A stretch of 64,000 nt of DNA. Origin: Alphaproteobacteria bacterium (GTDB lineage: Bacteria; Pseudomonadota; Alphaproteobacteria; Micavibrionales; UBA2020). Under the pieces are notes generated by a model. It did not search any database and was not told the origin of the DNA. It saw nothing but the letters and a program-made list of their open reading frames with translations. The translations under genes were made by a program, and so were the position numbers. The stretch is taken from assembly GCA_030682495.1 (NCBI GenBank), contig JAUXOC010000039.1, positions 9,604 to 73,603 of the forward strand, written 5' to 3'. This document shows, piece after piece, positions 1 to 9,534 of this stretch (its first letter is position 1; every line of letters starts with the position of its first letter).

Positions 1-189
1 GAAGCGATGGAGGCGCTTGCGCCGGATGAATACCGCACCTCGTTCGACAAGGGGGTTCTTTATGCCAAATTGGGCCAGAAGAGGCAGGCCATGCAGGCGC
101 TGGAAGATTACATTATCCGCGCCCCTGATGCGCGCGACCGCCAGCAGGCGCAAGGCATCCTTGCGCAGATCAGGCAGCTACCGGACTGA
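1..189 (+). CDS. C-terminal fragment of a TPR-containing protein (SirB1/UPF0162-like); 5' end lies outside the window
   Basis: Frame 1 is open from base 1 to the stop at 187-189. The tail 'GVLYAKLGQKRQAMQALEDYIIRAPDARDRQQAQGILAQIRQL' looks like a terminal TPR hairpin. The family call is from memory only. Confidence 0.4.
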   Translation, partial: EAMEALAPDEYRTSFDKGVLYAKLGQKRQAMQALEDYIIRAPDARDRQQAQGILAQIRQLPD

Positions 190-290
190 GATCTTGCCCG
201 CCGCGCAAGCCTTGCCTTTATCGCCGGTTTGATTATGCTTTAGAAAGTGTTCGGCATCCGCCGGATTTTATAGTCAGAGGATATTTTACC

Positions 291-701
291 ATGGGCATTA
301 TCACGCTCTTGCTGCTGGGCGCCTTCACGATGATTTACCTCAGCAACTCCATCCCCAAAAAGCCGCCGTTTTTTGAAAAGGCACTGAACTTCCTGTTCGA
401 AAACATGAAATATCTGGGTATCGGCGGCCTCATCTATGGTCTTGTCGATGCGGTGATTACGCCGATTCAGGTGCCGAATGTCGATTATCTTGTCGTGCGC
501 ATGCTGTCTGACGTGATGATTGTGATGATGGCGCTGCCTTTCTGCTTCGACAAACTGGTCGAAAAATATAAAGACAAGGTCAACAAGGCCATCATCGACG
601 AAGTTGCGGGTAGCGTTGCTTGGGTGCGCAGCAAAGACAAAATTGTCGGTGGCGCCGGTGCGGTGCTTTGTATCGTCATGTTTGCTTTTATCTTCAGATA
701 A
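291..701 (+). CDS. Small integral membrane protein, function unknown
   Basis: 136-aa ORF with about 4 hydrophobic helices (LLLGAFTMIYL, GIGGLIYGLVDAVI, VMIVMMALPF, GAGAVLCIVMFAFIF). It is followed by a hairpin terminator. No family recognised. Confidence 0.5.
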   Translation: MGIITLLLLGAFTMIYLSNSIPKKPPFFEKALNFLFENMKYLGIGGLIYGLVDAVITPIQVPNVDYLVVRMLSDVMIVMMALPFCFDKLVEKYKDKVNKAIIDEVAGSVAWVRSKDKIVGGAGAVLCIVMFAFIFR

Positions 702-714
702 AACATCGCAATAT

Positions 715-749
715 AAAAAAACGGCCGCTTTTACAGCGGCCGTTTTTTT
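715..749. terminator. Bidirectional intrinsic terminator between convergent genes
   Basis: A-run, stem cggccgc (722-728), loop ttttaca, stem gcggccg (736-742), T-run 743-749. Confidence 0.65.
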
Positions 750-759
750 ATGCGCGCTG

Positions 760-2049
760 CTAGCGTTTGGGTGCGGGCGGTTTGCGCGTGCCGGCTTTGG
801 CTTCCGCCAGAATGTCTGCGATTTTTGGCAGCATCGGCGGCGGCGTGATGCCCATGTTGCGGTCGCCTTCGTCCGATCTCAGCCATTCATAGGCTTCGAC
901 GGGGAAAGGTTTTGCACCCGGCGGGCAGAAAGCGTTTTTCTTGGCTTTTGGCGCGGCATTGTACAAAAGAACCGTATGTCCGCCGACATCGACGACCTGC
1001 GGCACGGTGCCATTGACGCCGAGCATCTGGCCGATCTGATCTTTTTTGATGTCGAAATTTGCAAACAACTCCGGATAATCGCGCAGCCCCGGTGTCAGCG
1101 GAATGGCATCGATGAGCGCGGCGATTTTTTTGCCCTCCGGCGTGTCGCGGCGCGGGGTGACAGTGTATTCGCCGCCCTCGCGATCCGACAGTTCATAAGC
1201 GGCGGACTCCGGCGCATCTACCGTTTTGCCGGCATGCCACATATTATCTTTGCCTTCGCGCCGTATCGACAGCCGCAGCGTGGCCTTGTCGCCGCCACCG
1301 CTGGAATAACTATAGGTCGCGCTGATGCGCACATCTTCACCCAGCGGCAGGCCGATCAAAATTTCGCTTTTTTTCTTTTTTACTTCGGCTTCGATCTCGC
1401 GGCAGGCGGCTTTGATCTTGCGTTCCCAGTCTTTGGTGCGTGCGCGGTAATCGTTCACGATCTCAAGGCTGCGCCCTGCGGCCAGAAAACATACGCGGTC
1501 ATTCGGCATATACGAAAACGCCTTGCGCAGTTCGCTTGTGCTCGGCGGTACGTAATCGGCGGGGGTGGTGACACCTTGCTTCTTCACAGAAACGATCGGC
1601 GCATTGCCCAGCCAGCCGCCCGCAAACAGAAGATTATCGACCTTTTGCGTTTGCTTGTCGTTCAGCTGCACAGAATCAACGGGGGCAAAATGGTTACCTT
1701 TGTAATCGACGGGTGCGTACATAAAGTACACGGGCTTTTTCTCGGGCGAGGCAAAAATCATCGGATGCTCGGTATAGGCGCGCGGCAGCGTCTGCGGCCC
1801 TTTGAAGACCTGCACGGCAGGCGCTTTCAGGCCGGTCAGCGCCAGCACTTCCGGCGCCTCGCGCTCCAGCCGCGTCAGCAAACCTTTGTACATCGCATCC
1901 CAGCTGTCGCCGATATCTTTCATATTGCCGGTTTGCATGACGGGCACGGTTTGCAGCTCTTTGCGCAATTCCTGTGTCAGCCGCTCCGCCGCCTCCAGCG
2001 CGCGTCCGGCCAATGCATAAACCACGGTACCGTTGCGTTTCTGTGTCAT
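760..2049 (-). CDS. Hypothetical cytoplasmic protein, 429 aa, no recognised domain
   Basis: Long ORF with balanced amino-acid composition. The overlapping + strand ORF 604..2070 is Arg/Ala/Gly-rich shadow. No signal peptide and no motif I can name. Confidence 0.6.
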   Translation of the reverse strand: MTQKRNGTVVYALAGRALEAAERLTQELRKELQTVPVMQTGNMKDIGDSWDAMYKGLLTRLEREAPEVLALTGLKAPAVQVFKGPQTLPRAYTEHPMIFASPEKKPVYFMYAPVDYKGNHFAPVDSVQLNDKQTQKVDNLLFAGGWLGNAPIVSVKKQGVTTPADYVPPSTSELRKAFSYMPNDRVCFLAAGRSLEIVNDYRARTKDWERKIKAACREIEAEVKKKKSEILIGLPLGEDVRISATYSYSSGGGDKATLRLSIRREGKDNMWHAGKTVDAPESAAYELSDREGGEYTVTPRRDTPEGKKIAALIDAIPLTPGLRDYPELFANFDIKKDQIGQMLGVNGTVPQVVDVGGHTVLLYNAAPKAKKNAFCPPGAKPFPVEAYEWLRSDEGDRNMGITPPPMLPKIADILAEAKAGTRKPPAPKR

Positions 2050-2227
2050 GACTTTAAATTCCTTTTTTGATGCCTTTATTCATAAAACCGGAGCGGGGAA
2101 ATGTAAAGGGGCGGTTTTGCCTAAGGCGGGACGATATGCTATTGTCGCGCCCAGAAAAGCATAAAACATAAAAGCACTAAAGATTCTGAGCAGCCGCCGA
2201 TCTAAAAAACACAAGGAAAACAGCATC

Positions 2228-3910
2228 ATGGCATCTTACCAATACGTTTATGTGATGAAAGACCTGTCCAAGGCCTATCAGGGCGGGAAAAAGGTGCTGG
2301 AGAATATTTACCTGAGCTTTCTGCCCGGTGTGAAAATCGGCGTGCTCGGCCCCAACGGTTCGGGTAAATCGACCTTGCTCAAGATCATGGCCGGTATCGA
2401 AAAGGATTTTCAAGGCGAGGCTTGGTCGGCCGAAGGCGCGCGCGTGGGCTATCTGCCGCAGGAGCCGCATCTGGATGCCAGCAAGACTGTCATGGAAAAC
2501 GTGCTGGAGGCGCTGGGCGAAGTGAAAGCCGCGCGCGACGAGTTTGACGCGATCACCGCCAAATTTTCCGAAGAAGATGCCGATTTCGATGCACTGATGG
2601 CGCGTCAGGCGGAGCTGCAGGAAATCATCGACGCGGCCGATGGCTGGAATATCGAGCGTACGGTCGAAATCGCCATGGATGCGCTGCGCTGCCCGCCGGC
2701 GGATAGCGCTGTGACCAACCTGTCGGGCGGTGAAAAACGCCGCGTCGCACTGTGCCGTTTGCTGCTGGAAAAGCCCGACCTGCTGCTGCTCGATGAACCG
2801 ACCAACCACCTAGATGCGGAATCGGTTGCATGGTTGCAGCGTCACCTGCTGGATTACAAAGGCACGGTTGTCATGGTCACGCACGACCGCTACTTCCTTG
2901 ATAATGTCACCGGCTGGATTCTCGAGCTCGACCGTGGCCGCGGTATTCCGTACGAGGGCAACTATACCGAATATCTCGACAACAAATCCAAACGTCTGGC
3001 GCAGGAAGGCCGCGAGCAGGAAGCCCGCGAAAAAACCCTGTCGCGCGAACTGGAATGGGTGCGTCAGTCGCCCAAGGCGCGTCAGGCGAAATCCAAGGCG
3101 CGTATCACGGCCTACGAAGATTTGTTCGCCGAAAGCCAGAAGTTCGAAAAGACCCGCACGTCGCAGATCGTTATCCCTGTGCCGCCGCGTCTGGGGCAGA
3201 ACGTCGTGGAATTTGAAAACGTATCCAAAGGATATGACGATCGTCTGCTGATCGAAAATCTGACGTTTAAATTGCCGCCGGGCGGTATCGTCGGTGTGAT
3301 CGGCCCCAACGGCGCCGGTAAAACCACGCTGTTCCGCATGATTACCGGCGAAGAAACACCGGATACGGGCAAGGTGACGGTGAGTGACAGCGTTGTCATG
3401 GGCTATGTGAACCAGAGCCGTGATTCGCTCGATGGCAACAAGACGGTCTGGGAAGAAATTTCCGAGGGAAATGATATCCTCGCCCTTGGCAAGCGTGACA
3501 TGCCGAGCCGCGCCTATTGCGGTTCTTTCGGCTTCCGCGGCCCCGACCAGCAGAAAAAAGTCGGCGTGCTGTCGGGCGGTGAACGTAACCGTGTGCATAT
3601 GGCGCGGATGATGAAAACGCCCGCCAACCTGCTACTGCTCGATGAACCGACCAACGATCTGGATACCGAAACGCTGGGCGCGCTCGAAGACGCGCTTGAA
3701 AACTATGCCGGCTGTGCGGTTGTGATCTCGCACGACCGCTGGTTCCTTGACCGTCTTGCCACGCATATCCTTGCGTTTGAGGGGGACAGTCAGGTTGTGT
3801 TCTTTGAAGGTAACTACGAAGACTACGAAAAAGACCGTAAGAAACGCTTCGGCGAAGATGCCGACCAGCCGCACCGCATCAAATACAAACCGCTGCGCCG
3901 CGCATCGTAG
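2228..3910 (+). CDS. ettA: ABC-F ATPase, energy-dependent translational throttle EttA
   Basis: 560 aa with two ABC cassettes. Walker A 'GPNGSGKST' and 'GPNGAGKTT', signatures 'LSGGEKRR' and 'LSGGERNR', Walker B 'LLLLDEPTN' twice. N-terminus 'MASYQYVYVMKDLSKAY' is typical of EttA. No TM domain. Confidence 0.92.
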   Translation: MASYQYVYVMKDLSKAYQGGKKVLENIYLSFLPGVKIGVLGPNGSGKSTLLKIMAGIEKDFQGEAWSAEGARVGYLPQEPHLDASKTVMENVLEALGEVKAARDEFDAITAKFSEEDADFDALMARQAELQEIIDAADGWNIERTVEIAMDALRCPPADSAVTNLSGGEKRRVALCRLLLEKPDLLLLDEPTNHLDAESVAWLQRHLLDYKGTVVMVTHDRYFLDNVTGWILELDRGRGIPYEGNYTEYLDNKSKRLAQEGREQEAREKTLSRELEWVRQSPKARQAKSKARITAYEDLFAESQKFEKTRTSQIVIPVPPRLGQNVVEFENVSKGYDDRLLIENLTFKLPPGGIVGVIGPNGAGKTTLFRMITGEETPDTGKVTVSDSVVMGYVNQSRDSLDGNKTVWEEISEGNDILALGKRDMPSRAYCGSFGFRGPDQQKKVGVLSGGERNRVHMARMMKTPANLLLLDEPTNDLDTETLGALEDALENYAGCAVVISHDRWFLDRLATHILAFEGDSQVVFFEGNYEDYEKDRKKRFGEDADQPHRIKYKPLRRAS

Positions 3911-4003
3911 GCATAGTCTTGCTGGCTCAAGCCCCCGCCTTGCCGCCGAAGGGGGCATGGCGATAGGGATTGGTTTTTAAGAATAGAGGCAGGCGCGCGC
4001 AAC

Positions 4004-4035
4004 AAAAAACCCGCCATCTTCTGGCGGGGTTTTTG
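4004..4035. terminator. Bidirectional intrinsic terminator (ettA / mlaC-like convergent pair)
   Basis: A-run, stem cccgcca (4010-4016), loop tcttc, stem tggcggg (4022-4028), then gtttttg. Confidence 0.65.
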
Positions 4036-4056
4036 TTTGCCGGTCGTCGGTGATCG

Positions 4057-4671
4057 TTATTTCTTGCGTCCGCGCAGGCTGACGAGGAGGCTTTCGACCT
4101 TGCCACCGCCGCGCTGGATAACCGCGTCAAAGTCGGAGCGTTGGGTGATCGCCATGCTGACGTTTTCGATGAAAACATCGATGACTTTTGGCTGGCCGCC
4201 GCTGTTGCGAACGCGCCATTCGATGGCAATCGGCGGGCCGCCCTGCTGGATGACCTGACTGGTCACGATGGTGTCGCGGTCATTGAGCACACGGGCGTTG
4301 TTGACCTTGAACTGCTGCCCGGAATATTCACTAAAACGCTGGGCATAGGTGCGCACGATCATGTCTTCGAACAGGGTTAGATATTCTTTGCGTTCTGCCT
4401 CGGTCGCGCTGCGCCAGTGCGTGCCCAGCGCGAAGCGGCCGATGGTCTGTACGTCGAAATTTTTGCGCAAGAGTTCACGCACGCGTTTCTGACGTTCCGC
4501 GCCGTTCAATTCTTTGTCAGTGAGTTCCGTCAGGGCGGAATCGCCCATTTTCTGCACAAAGCTAATGGTGGCATCCGTCTTTTTCTCGGCCATGGCAGCA
4601 GCGGCGGGCAGCAGCAGGGCGAGAACCATGCCTAGCATCATCACGCGGCGGGTCAGGGAGAGTGAAATCAT
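4057..4671 (-). CDS. mlaC: Periplasmic phospholipid-binding protein, MlaC/Ttg2D family
   Basis: 204 aa with a signal peptide (MLGMVLALLLPAAAAMA). Segments 'LLRKNFDVQTIGRFALGTHWRSAT..ER.EY..LFEDMIVRTYA' and 'WRV...GGQPKVIDV.IENVSM' resemble toluene-tolerance Ttg2D/MlaC. Lies downstream of the mlaA-like gene. Confidence 0.78.
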   Translation of the reverse strand: MISLSLTRRVMMLGMVLALLLPAAAAMAEKKTDATISFVQKMGDSALTELTDKELNGAERQKRVRELLRKNFDVQTIGRFALGTHWRSATEAERKEYLTLFEDMIVRTYAQRFSEYSGQQFKVNNARVLNDRDTIVTSQVIQQGGPPIAIEWRVRNSGGQPKVIDVFIENVSMAITQRSDFDAVIQRGGGKVESLLVSLRGRKK

Positions 4672-4713
4672 GTCCGTTCAGTTCCTTGTGTCGGTGGTAT
4701 GGAGGGGGCGGGA

Positions 4714-5508
4714 TTATTCCCAGCCCTCATCGTAATATTGAACCGCCTGCGGCTTGGCCGGAGCATCAGGGTTAATGTCGCGCACCAGCGAACGGCGCTT
4801 CTGCGTATAGGCGCTGCGCACGGCAGCGTAGTAATCAAGGCTGTTGCGGCGCATATCGCGCACGGCACTCACCAGTCTTGCACGGTTGTCGAGCCCCTCG
4901 ACCGCGCCGCGCGTGTAGTAAATCCATTTTTCGTCGCGGTTGAAGGCATAGAGCCTCACAGGATCCGCAAAAGTATCGACCGCAAGGCCTGCACCGTCAC
5001 GCAGGGAGGAAGGCCCCAGCACCGGCAAGACCAGATAGAAGCCCTCACCAAAGCCCCAGACGGCCAGAGTCTGGCCGAAATCTTCCGGCTCGTACGGCAG
5101 GCCGTTTGCGCCCGCCATGTCGAAAAGACCGCCAATACCGCCGACGGTATTCATGACGAAACGCGCTGTGGCCACGCCTGCGCCTTTGAAATCGCCTTGC
5201 AGTACATTATTTGCAACGATCAGCGGACTGCGAAGGTTCCGCATGAAATTTTGCACACCTGCGCGGAAGAAGTCGGGTGTCAGGAAATTATAAACCTTTG
5301 CAACGGGTTCGATCAGCGCACGGTCAAGTGCGTTGTTGAAAGCGAAGACACCGCGGTTCAGAGGCTCCAGCGGGTCATAAACCGCATTGGGTTGCAGCTC
5401 GCTCCGTGCGCTGCTGCAGCCGGTGGTGGCGGCCAGAAGAAAGGCGCACATCACCATGGCGATGGATTTGGAAGCGGTTTTGAGCAGGAAGGGGCGATTC
5501 TGGGGCAT
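4714..5508 (-). CDS. mlaA: Outer-membrane lipoprotein MlaA/VacJ family
   Basis: 264 aa with a lipobox-like 'LLAATTGCSS'. 'YDPLEPLNRGVFAFNNALDRALIEPVAKVY' matches the VacJ DP-E-NR signature. Confidence 0.85.
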   Translation of the reverse strand: MPQNRPFLLKTASKSIAMVMCAFLLAATTGCSSARSELQPNAVYDPLEPLNRGVFAFNNALDRALIEPVAKVYNFLTPDFFRAGVQNFMRNLRSPLIVANNVLQGDFKGAGVATARFVMNTVGGIGGLFDMAGANGLPYEPEDFGQTLAVWGFGEGFYLVLPVLGPSSLRDGAGLAVDTFADPVRLYAFNRDEKWIYYTRGAVEGLDNRARLVSAVRDMRRNSLDYYAAVRSAYTQKRRSLVRDINPDAPAKPQAVQYYDEGWE

Positions 5509-5573
5509 GGATGTCTCTCTGACGGGGCCGTTGTTTTTACTTTAACTATATATAATTACTCAATTCTTAATTG

Positions 5574-6665
5574 CTAGCCATCTTCCATATGCAAAAGAGC
5601 CGAGGCGCCCATGAGCAGACTGACGATGGCGGGTGTCCAGGCCGCCAGATACACAGGGATTTTCTGCGAAATGCCGAAAGCTTGAAGAATAGATTCCATG
5701 AAGAATATAAAGAAACCAACGCCCACGCCAAGACCTATCATAACCCCTGTACCCCCGAATCTTTGCGGGCGTAGCGAAAATGTCGCAGCCAGCAGCACCA
5801 TGGCTGCCAGCAGGAAGGGGAGTGCCAGCAAAGACTGGAAGTGAATGGCGAGCCGCGTGCCCGAAAAACCCGCCTCTGTCATAATGCGGAGATATTCTGG
5901 GATCCTCCAAAACGATACAGTTTCGGGATTGGCGAAAGATTCTTCAATCTGCCGCGCCGTGAGCTCTGTCGGCAGCTGAACGATATCGGCTGTGCGCGCG
6001 CCCTCTGCCGTATTGATCCGCGCATCGGCCAGTTCCCAAAACCCGTCATCAAGACGGGCGCGGGGACTGTCGACCCTTTTCTGGAAAGTGTCGTCACGGT
6101 CAAAAAAGAAGACAATCACGTCCTGCATGCGCCAATGCTGCTGGTCGAAACTGCTGGCATGGAACAGGGCATAGCCTTCCTCTGCCGGCTGGCGCAGCCA
6201 GATGCCGGTGCGCGAAACGGTGACCAGATTGGATGATGTGTTGAAATACGCGCTTTCCAGCCGCTCGAATTTTTCAAGCATAATGGCGCTTGCCGGATTG
6301 ACCGCCGTTGTTACCGCAACGCCGATCAGAAAAGCGCCCAAAATCATCGGGCTCAGAAATTGCCAGACCGAAATGCCGGCGGCGCGTATCACCACCAGCT
6401 CGGATGTCTTGTTGAGCTTCCAGCAGGTATAGATCGCGCCGAACAGCACGGCGAAGGGAATGACTTTCTGCCCGACTTCCGGCAGCTTCAGCGCGGCCAT
6501 CATCAGGACGATATTGATCGACACATCCTGCGCACCTGACGCGCGGCGCATCAGTTCGATGACATCAAAGATAAAAACAAGCCCGAAGAGAATCATCACC
6601 AGCGCGGCGAAATTCACCAGAAAGTGCCGGAGGATATAACGGAAAAGGGTTGCGCTGGCTGTCAT
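5574..6665 (-). CDS. lptG: LPS export ABC transporter permease LptG
   Basis: YjgP/YjgQ-type permease. The start was chosen at the internal ATG 6663-6665 ('MTASATLFRYILRHFL'), which makes an ATGA overlap with the lptF stop. The ORF track's earlier ATG is at 6707. Confidence 0.85.
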   Translation of the reverse strand: MTASATLFRYILRHFLVNFAALVMILFGLVFIFDVIELMRRASGAQDVSINIVLMMAALKLPEVGQKVIPFAVLFGAIYTCWKLNKTSELVVIRAAGISVWQFLSPMILGAFLIGVAVTTAVNPASAIMLEKFERLESAYFNTSSNLVTVSRTGIWLRQPAEEGYALFHASSFDQQHWRMQDVIVFFFDRDDTFQKRVDSPRARLDDGFWELADARINTAEGARTADIVQLPTELTARQIEESFANPETVSFWRIPEYLRIMTEAGFSGTRLAIHFQSLLALPFLLAAMVLLAATFSLRPQRFGGTGVMIGLGVGVGFFIFFMESILQAFGISQKIPVYLAAWTPAIVSLLMGASALLHMEDG

Positions 6666-7816
6666 GCTGTCGCCCCTTCTGCGGCTGTCACAGGGGACCG
6701 TCGCCATTTACGCAAGAGTGCCATCAGCCATTGTTCGCCGCGCAGGTGCATCAGAAAAGCCGCAACGATAATCGGTACAAAAGTAAGGGCGTAAAGCGTG
6801 GGCAACAACATGGGCTGCTTTTTGGCGGCGTTGCCCAGTGCCATTTCGGCAGCCTGCAGGCCGATGACAATAAGAATGGCGGCAAGAACCTTGCGGTTTT
6901 GTCCGCGCCGGTTAAAGGGGCCGAGCAAGATACAGGCGAGCGATACCAGCGTAAACCCGAGCGCATTGAACGGCGCGAGCAGGCGCAGATGTGCTTCGAC
7001 GATAAAGGCATCTTTGAAGCGCAGGTCGCGTTTGTCTTCCAGATCCGGACGCAGCAGTTCGGGCAGGGTGCGCTCGCTTGCTTCACGCCAGCGCTCCTGC
7101 GCCTCGCCCTCCAGCCCTTTGATCTCGATGGTGTAGCGCGAGAAGAACAGGCGCGACACCACGCCGTTCTGCGGGTCCATCTGCTGGCGCATGCCGTCAT
7201 AGACAAGAATATTCGGCTCTTCGCCGTTCATGAAAATGCGGCCGCGCTTGGCGGTGACGGTGACAGGGGGCTTGTCCGTATCGCGGCGGTCATGAATCAT
7301 CAGCCCGAGCAAATCGCCCGCGGCGTCGCGCTGGCGGACATAGACTGTCAGGTCGTTGCTGAAAGTATTGAACACTCCTTCGCGCAGCAAAAATGCCGAA
7401 TACTGCGCCTTGATCTCGCGGCGCAGCTTTTTCATCTCCCCGTGGCTCAAGGGGGAGATGAAGCAGGTGATCGCGATCAATACCACCATGAAGGCGCTGC
7501 ACAGGATCAGCGCCGGGCGCGCCAGTGTGAACTGGTCAAAGCCGCAGGCGCGCATGACGACCAGCTCATTGTCCATAATCATTTTATTATAGGTAAAGAG
7601 GATGCCGGTCACCAGCGCCAGCGGCAGGATCACCTCAAGAAACCGCGGCAGGGTCAGCGCGATCAGTTTCAGAAAAAGGCTTGGCGGTGCATCGGAATTG
7701 GCGACCAGCTCCAAAAGACGCAAAGACTGGCTCAGCCAGATAACCAAAGCCAGCGTGACGGCCACAAATACCGTTACGGAAAAAAGGTTTTTGAAAAGAT
7801 ACCGCGTGGTCAGCAT
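6662..7816 (-). CDS. lptF: LPS export ABC transporter permease LptF
   Basis: YjgP/YjgQ-type permease. The start was chosen at 'MLTTRYLFKNLF' (ATG 7814-7816). The 40-aa upstream extension in the ORF track is basic and low-complexity. Classical divergent arrangement with pepA. Confidence 0.85.
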   Translation of the reverse strand: MLTTRYLFKNLFSVTVFVAVTLALVIWLSQSLRLLELVANSDAPPSLFLKLIALTLPRFLEVILPLALVTGILFTYNKMIMDNELVVMRACGFDQFTLARPALILCSAFMVVLIAITCFISPLSHGEMKKLRREIKAQYSAFLLREGVFNTFSNDLTVYVRQRDAAGDLLGLMIHDRRDTDKPPVTVTAKRGRIFMNGEEPNILVYDGMRQQMDPQNGVVSRLFFSRYTIEIKGLEGEAQERWREASERTLPELLRPDLEDKRDLRFKDAFIVEAHLRLLAPFNALGFTLVSLACILLGPFNRRGQNRKVLAAILIVIGLQAAEMALGNAAKKQPMLLPTLYALTFVPIIVAAFLMHLRGEQWLMALLRKWRRSPVTAAEGATA

Positions 7817-7957
7817 CGGCGTTGCATCCGGGGGTGGCGTAACGCCTGTCGCCCTATTATGATCTTCATGGTTGCGGGGCGCCCGCGTTTGCGGCGCGCT
7901 GTCTGCATGCTTTGTTTTTACCTTCTCCTGCCTCAAAAAGAAAGAAAAATAGCCGCC

Positions 7958-9487
7958 ATGACCTCCACCTCAGCCAAGATTCTTTTCGACCAGAAGCCCG
8001 CCAAAAACGCCGATACACGGGTGGTTTTCGCCATCGAAGACGGCAAGCACGGCGCCAAGCTGACGGCCGGCGCGCGCGATCTGGACGCCAAAACCAAAGG
8101 CGCGATCAAACGCGCCGTGGCCGCCGCCGATTTCACAGGCAAGAAGGCGCAGATGCTGGCTATTCCAGGGCCGGAAGGCATTAGCGCCAAACATATTATC
8201 GTGGCCGGTCTCGGCAAACCGTCTGATCTGGGCACGCTTTGTTTTGAAAAAATCGGCAGCACACTGGCCGCGCAGCTGAACACGCGCAAATCGGCGGTCG
8301 CCGATGTCAGCTTCCCCGAAGAAGAAGCCAAGGCCTCCAAAATTAGTGCCGATGCCGCCGCGGCGCATCTGGCGCTGGGCGCGCTTTTGAATACATATCG
8401 TTTCGATAAATACCTGACCAAAGAGCCGAAGGATAAAAAGCCGACGCTGAAATCCGTGCAGCTGACCGTCAAAGACGCTGCCAAGACGCGCAAGGCTTTC
8501 AGCGGCGCGCAAAAAATTGCCGAGGGTGCGTTTCTGACGCGTGATCTGGTTTCCGAAGTGCCGAATGTGCTCTATCCCGAAAGCTTTGCCGCGATTATCA
8601 AAAAAGAACTCGCGCCCCTTGGTATCGAGGTCAAAATTCTGACCGACAAAGACATGAAAAAACTCGGCATGGGGGCCATCCTTGCCGTCGGGCAGGGCAG
8701 CGCGCGTCTGCCGCGTCTGGTTAGCATGGAGTATAAGGGCGGCAAAAAAGGCCAGCGCCCTGTGGCCTTCGTCGGCAAGGGCGTGACGTTTGATACCGGC
8801 GGTATTTCTCTCAAACCCGGCCCCGGCATGGAAGAAATGAAATGGGATATGGCAGGCGCCGGCACGGTTGTCGGCCTGATGAAGGCGCTGGCGTCGCGCG
8901 GCGCGAAGGCCAATGTCATCGGCATCGTCGGCCTTGCCGAAAACATGCCCTCCGGCAATGCCTATCGTCCCGGTGACATTGTAACGTCGATGTCTGGCCA
9001 GACGATCGAGGTGCACAATACCGATGCCGAAGGCCGTCTTGTCCTCTGCGATGCGCTTTGGTACGTGCAGCAAAAATTCAAGCCGACGCATATCGTTGAT
9101 CTTGCCACGCTGACGGGCGCTGTGATTATCGCGCTGGGTCATGAATATGCCGGTTTGTTCAGCAATGACGATGCACTGGCCTGGGATCTGGTCAGCGCAG
9201 GTCGCGAAACCGGCGAGCCTGCATGGTATATGCCGATGAATGACGCATGGGACAAAGCCATCGACAGCCCCGCTGCCGACATGAAGAATATCAGCGGTGG
9301 CCGCGATGCAGGCTCTGCCATCGGCGCACATTTCCTGAAGCGTTTCATTCAGGACGGCGTCAAATGGGCGCATCTGGATATCGCGGGCGTGGCATGGTCA
9401 AGCAAAGACCGCACCGGCGTACCCAAGGGGGCATCGTCTTTCGGCGTACGCCTTCTGGATCGCTACGTCGCCAATAACTGGGAATAA
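7958..9487 (+). CDS. pepA: Leucyl aminopeptidase (M17)
   Basis: 509 aa starting at ATG 7958 ('MTSTSAKILF'). M17 core motifs 'VGKGVTFDTGGISLKP', 'MKWDMAGAG' and 'NTDAEGRLVLCDAL' are present. The long N-terminal part of ORF 6650..9487 overlaps lptF and was rejected. Confidence 0.93.
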   Translation: MTSTSAKILFDQKPAKNADTRVVFAIEDGKHGAKLTAGARDLDAKTKGAIKRAVAAADFTGKKAQMLAIPGPEGISAKHIIVAGLGKPSDLGTLCFEKIGSTLAAQLNTRKSAVADVSFPEEEAKASKISADAAAAHLALGALLNTYRFDKYLTKEPKDKKPTLKSVQLTVKDAAKTRKAFSGAQKIAEGAFLTRDLVSEVPNVLYPESFAAIIKKELAPLGIEVKILTDKDMKKLGMGAILAVGQGSARLPRLVSMEYKGGKKGQRPVAFVGKGVTFDTGGISLKPGPGMEEMKWDMAGAGTVVGLMKALASRGAKANVIGIVGLAENMPSGNAYRPGDIVTSMSGQTIEVHNTDAEGRLVLCDALWYVQQKFKPTHIVDLATLTGAVIIALGHEYAGLFSNDDALAWDLVSAGRETGEPAWYMPMNDAWDKAIDSPAADMKNISGGRDAGSAIGAHFLKRFIQDGVKWAHLDIAGVAWSSKDRTGVPKGASSFGVRLLDRYVANNWE

Positions 9488-9534
9488 ACCACACGGCAGG
9501 AGAGGTATCTCCGCCGCCGCATCAAGGAGAGAGC

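Noticed and set aside
6650-7957. The roughly 436-aa N-terminal extension of the pepA ORF (track ORF 6650..9487). Similar upstream extensions occur for mdh (28831), sucC (29895), hutU (41448), the DUF2336 gene (26615), the acyl-CoA dehydrogenase (21922) and the lipase-like gene (36154).
   Set aside because: The extensions overlap neighbouring real genes or intergenic DNA and have aberrant composition. Internal ATGs with SD sequences give proteins of canonical length with canonical N-termini.
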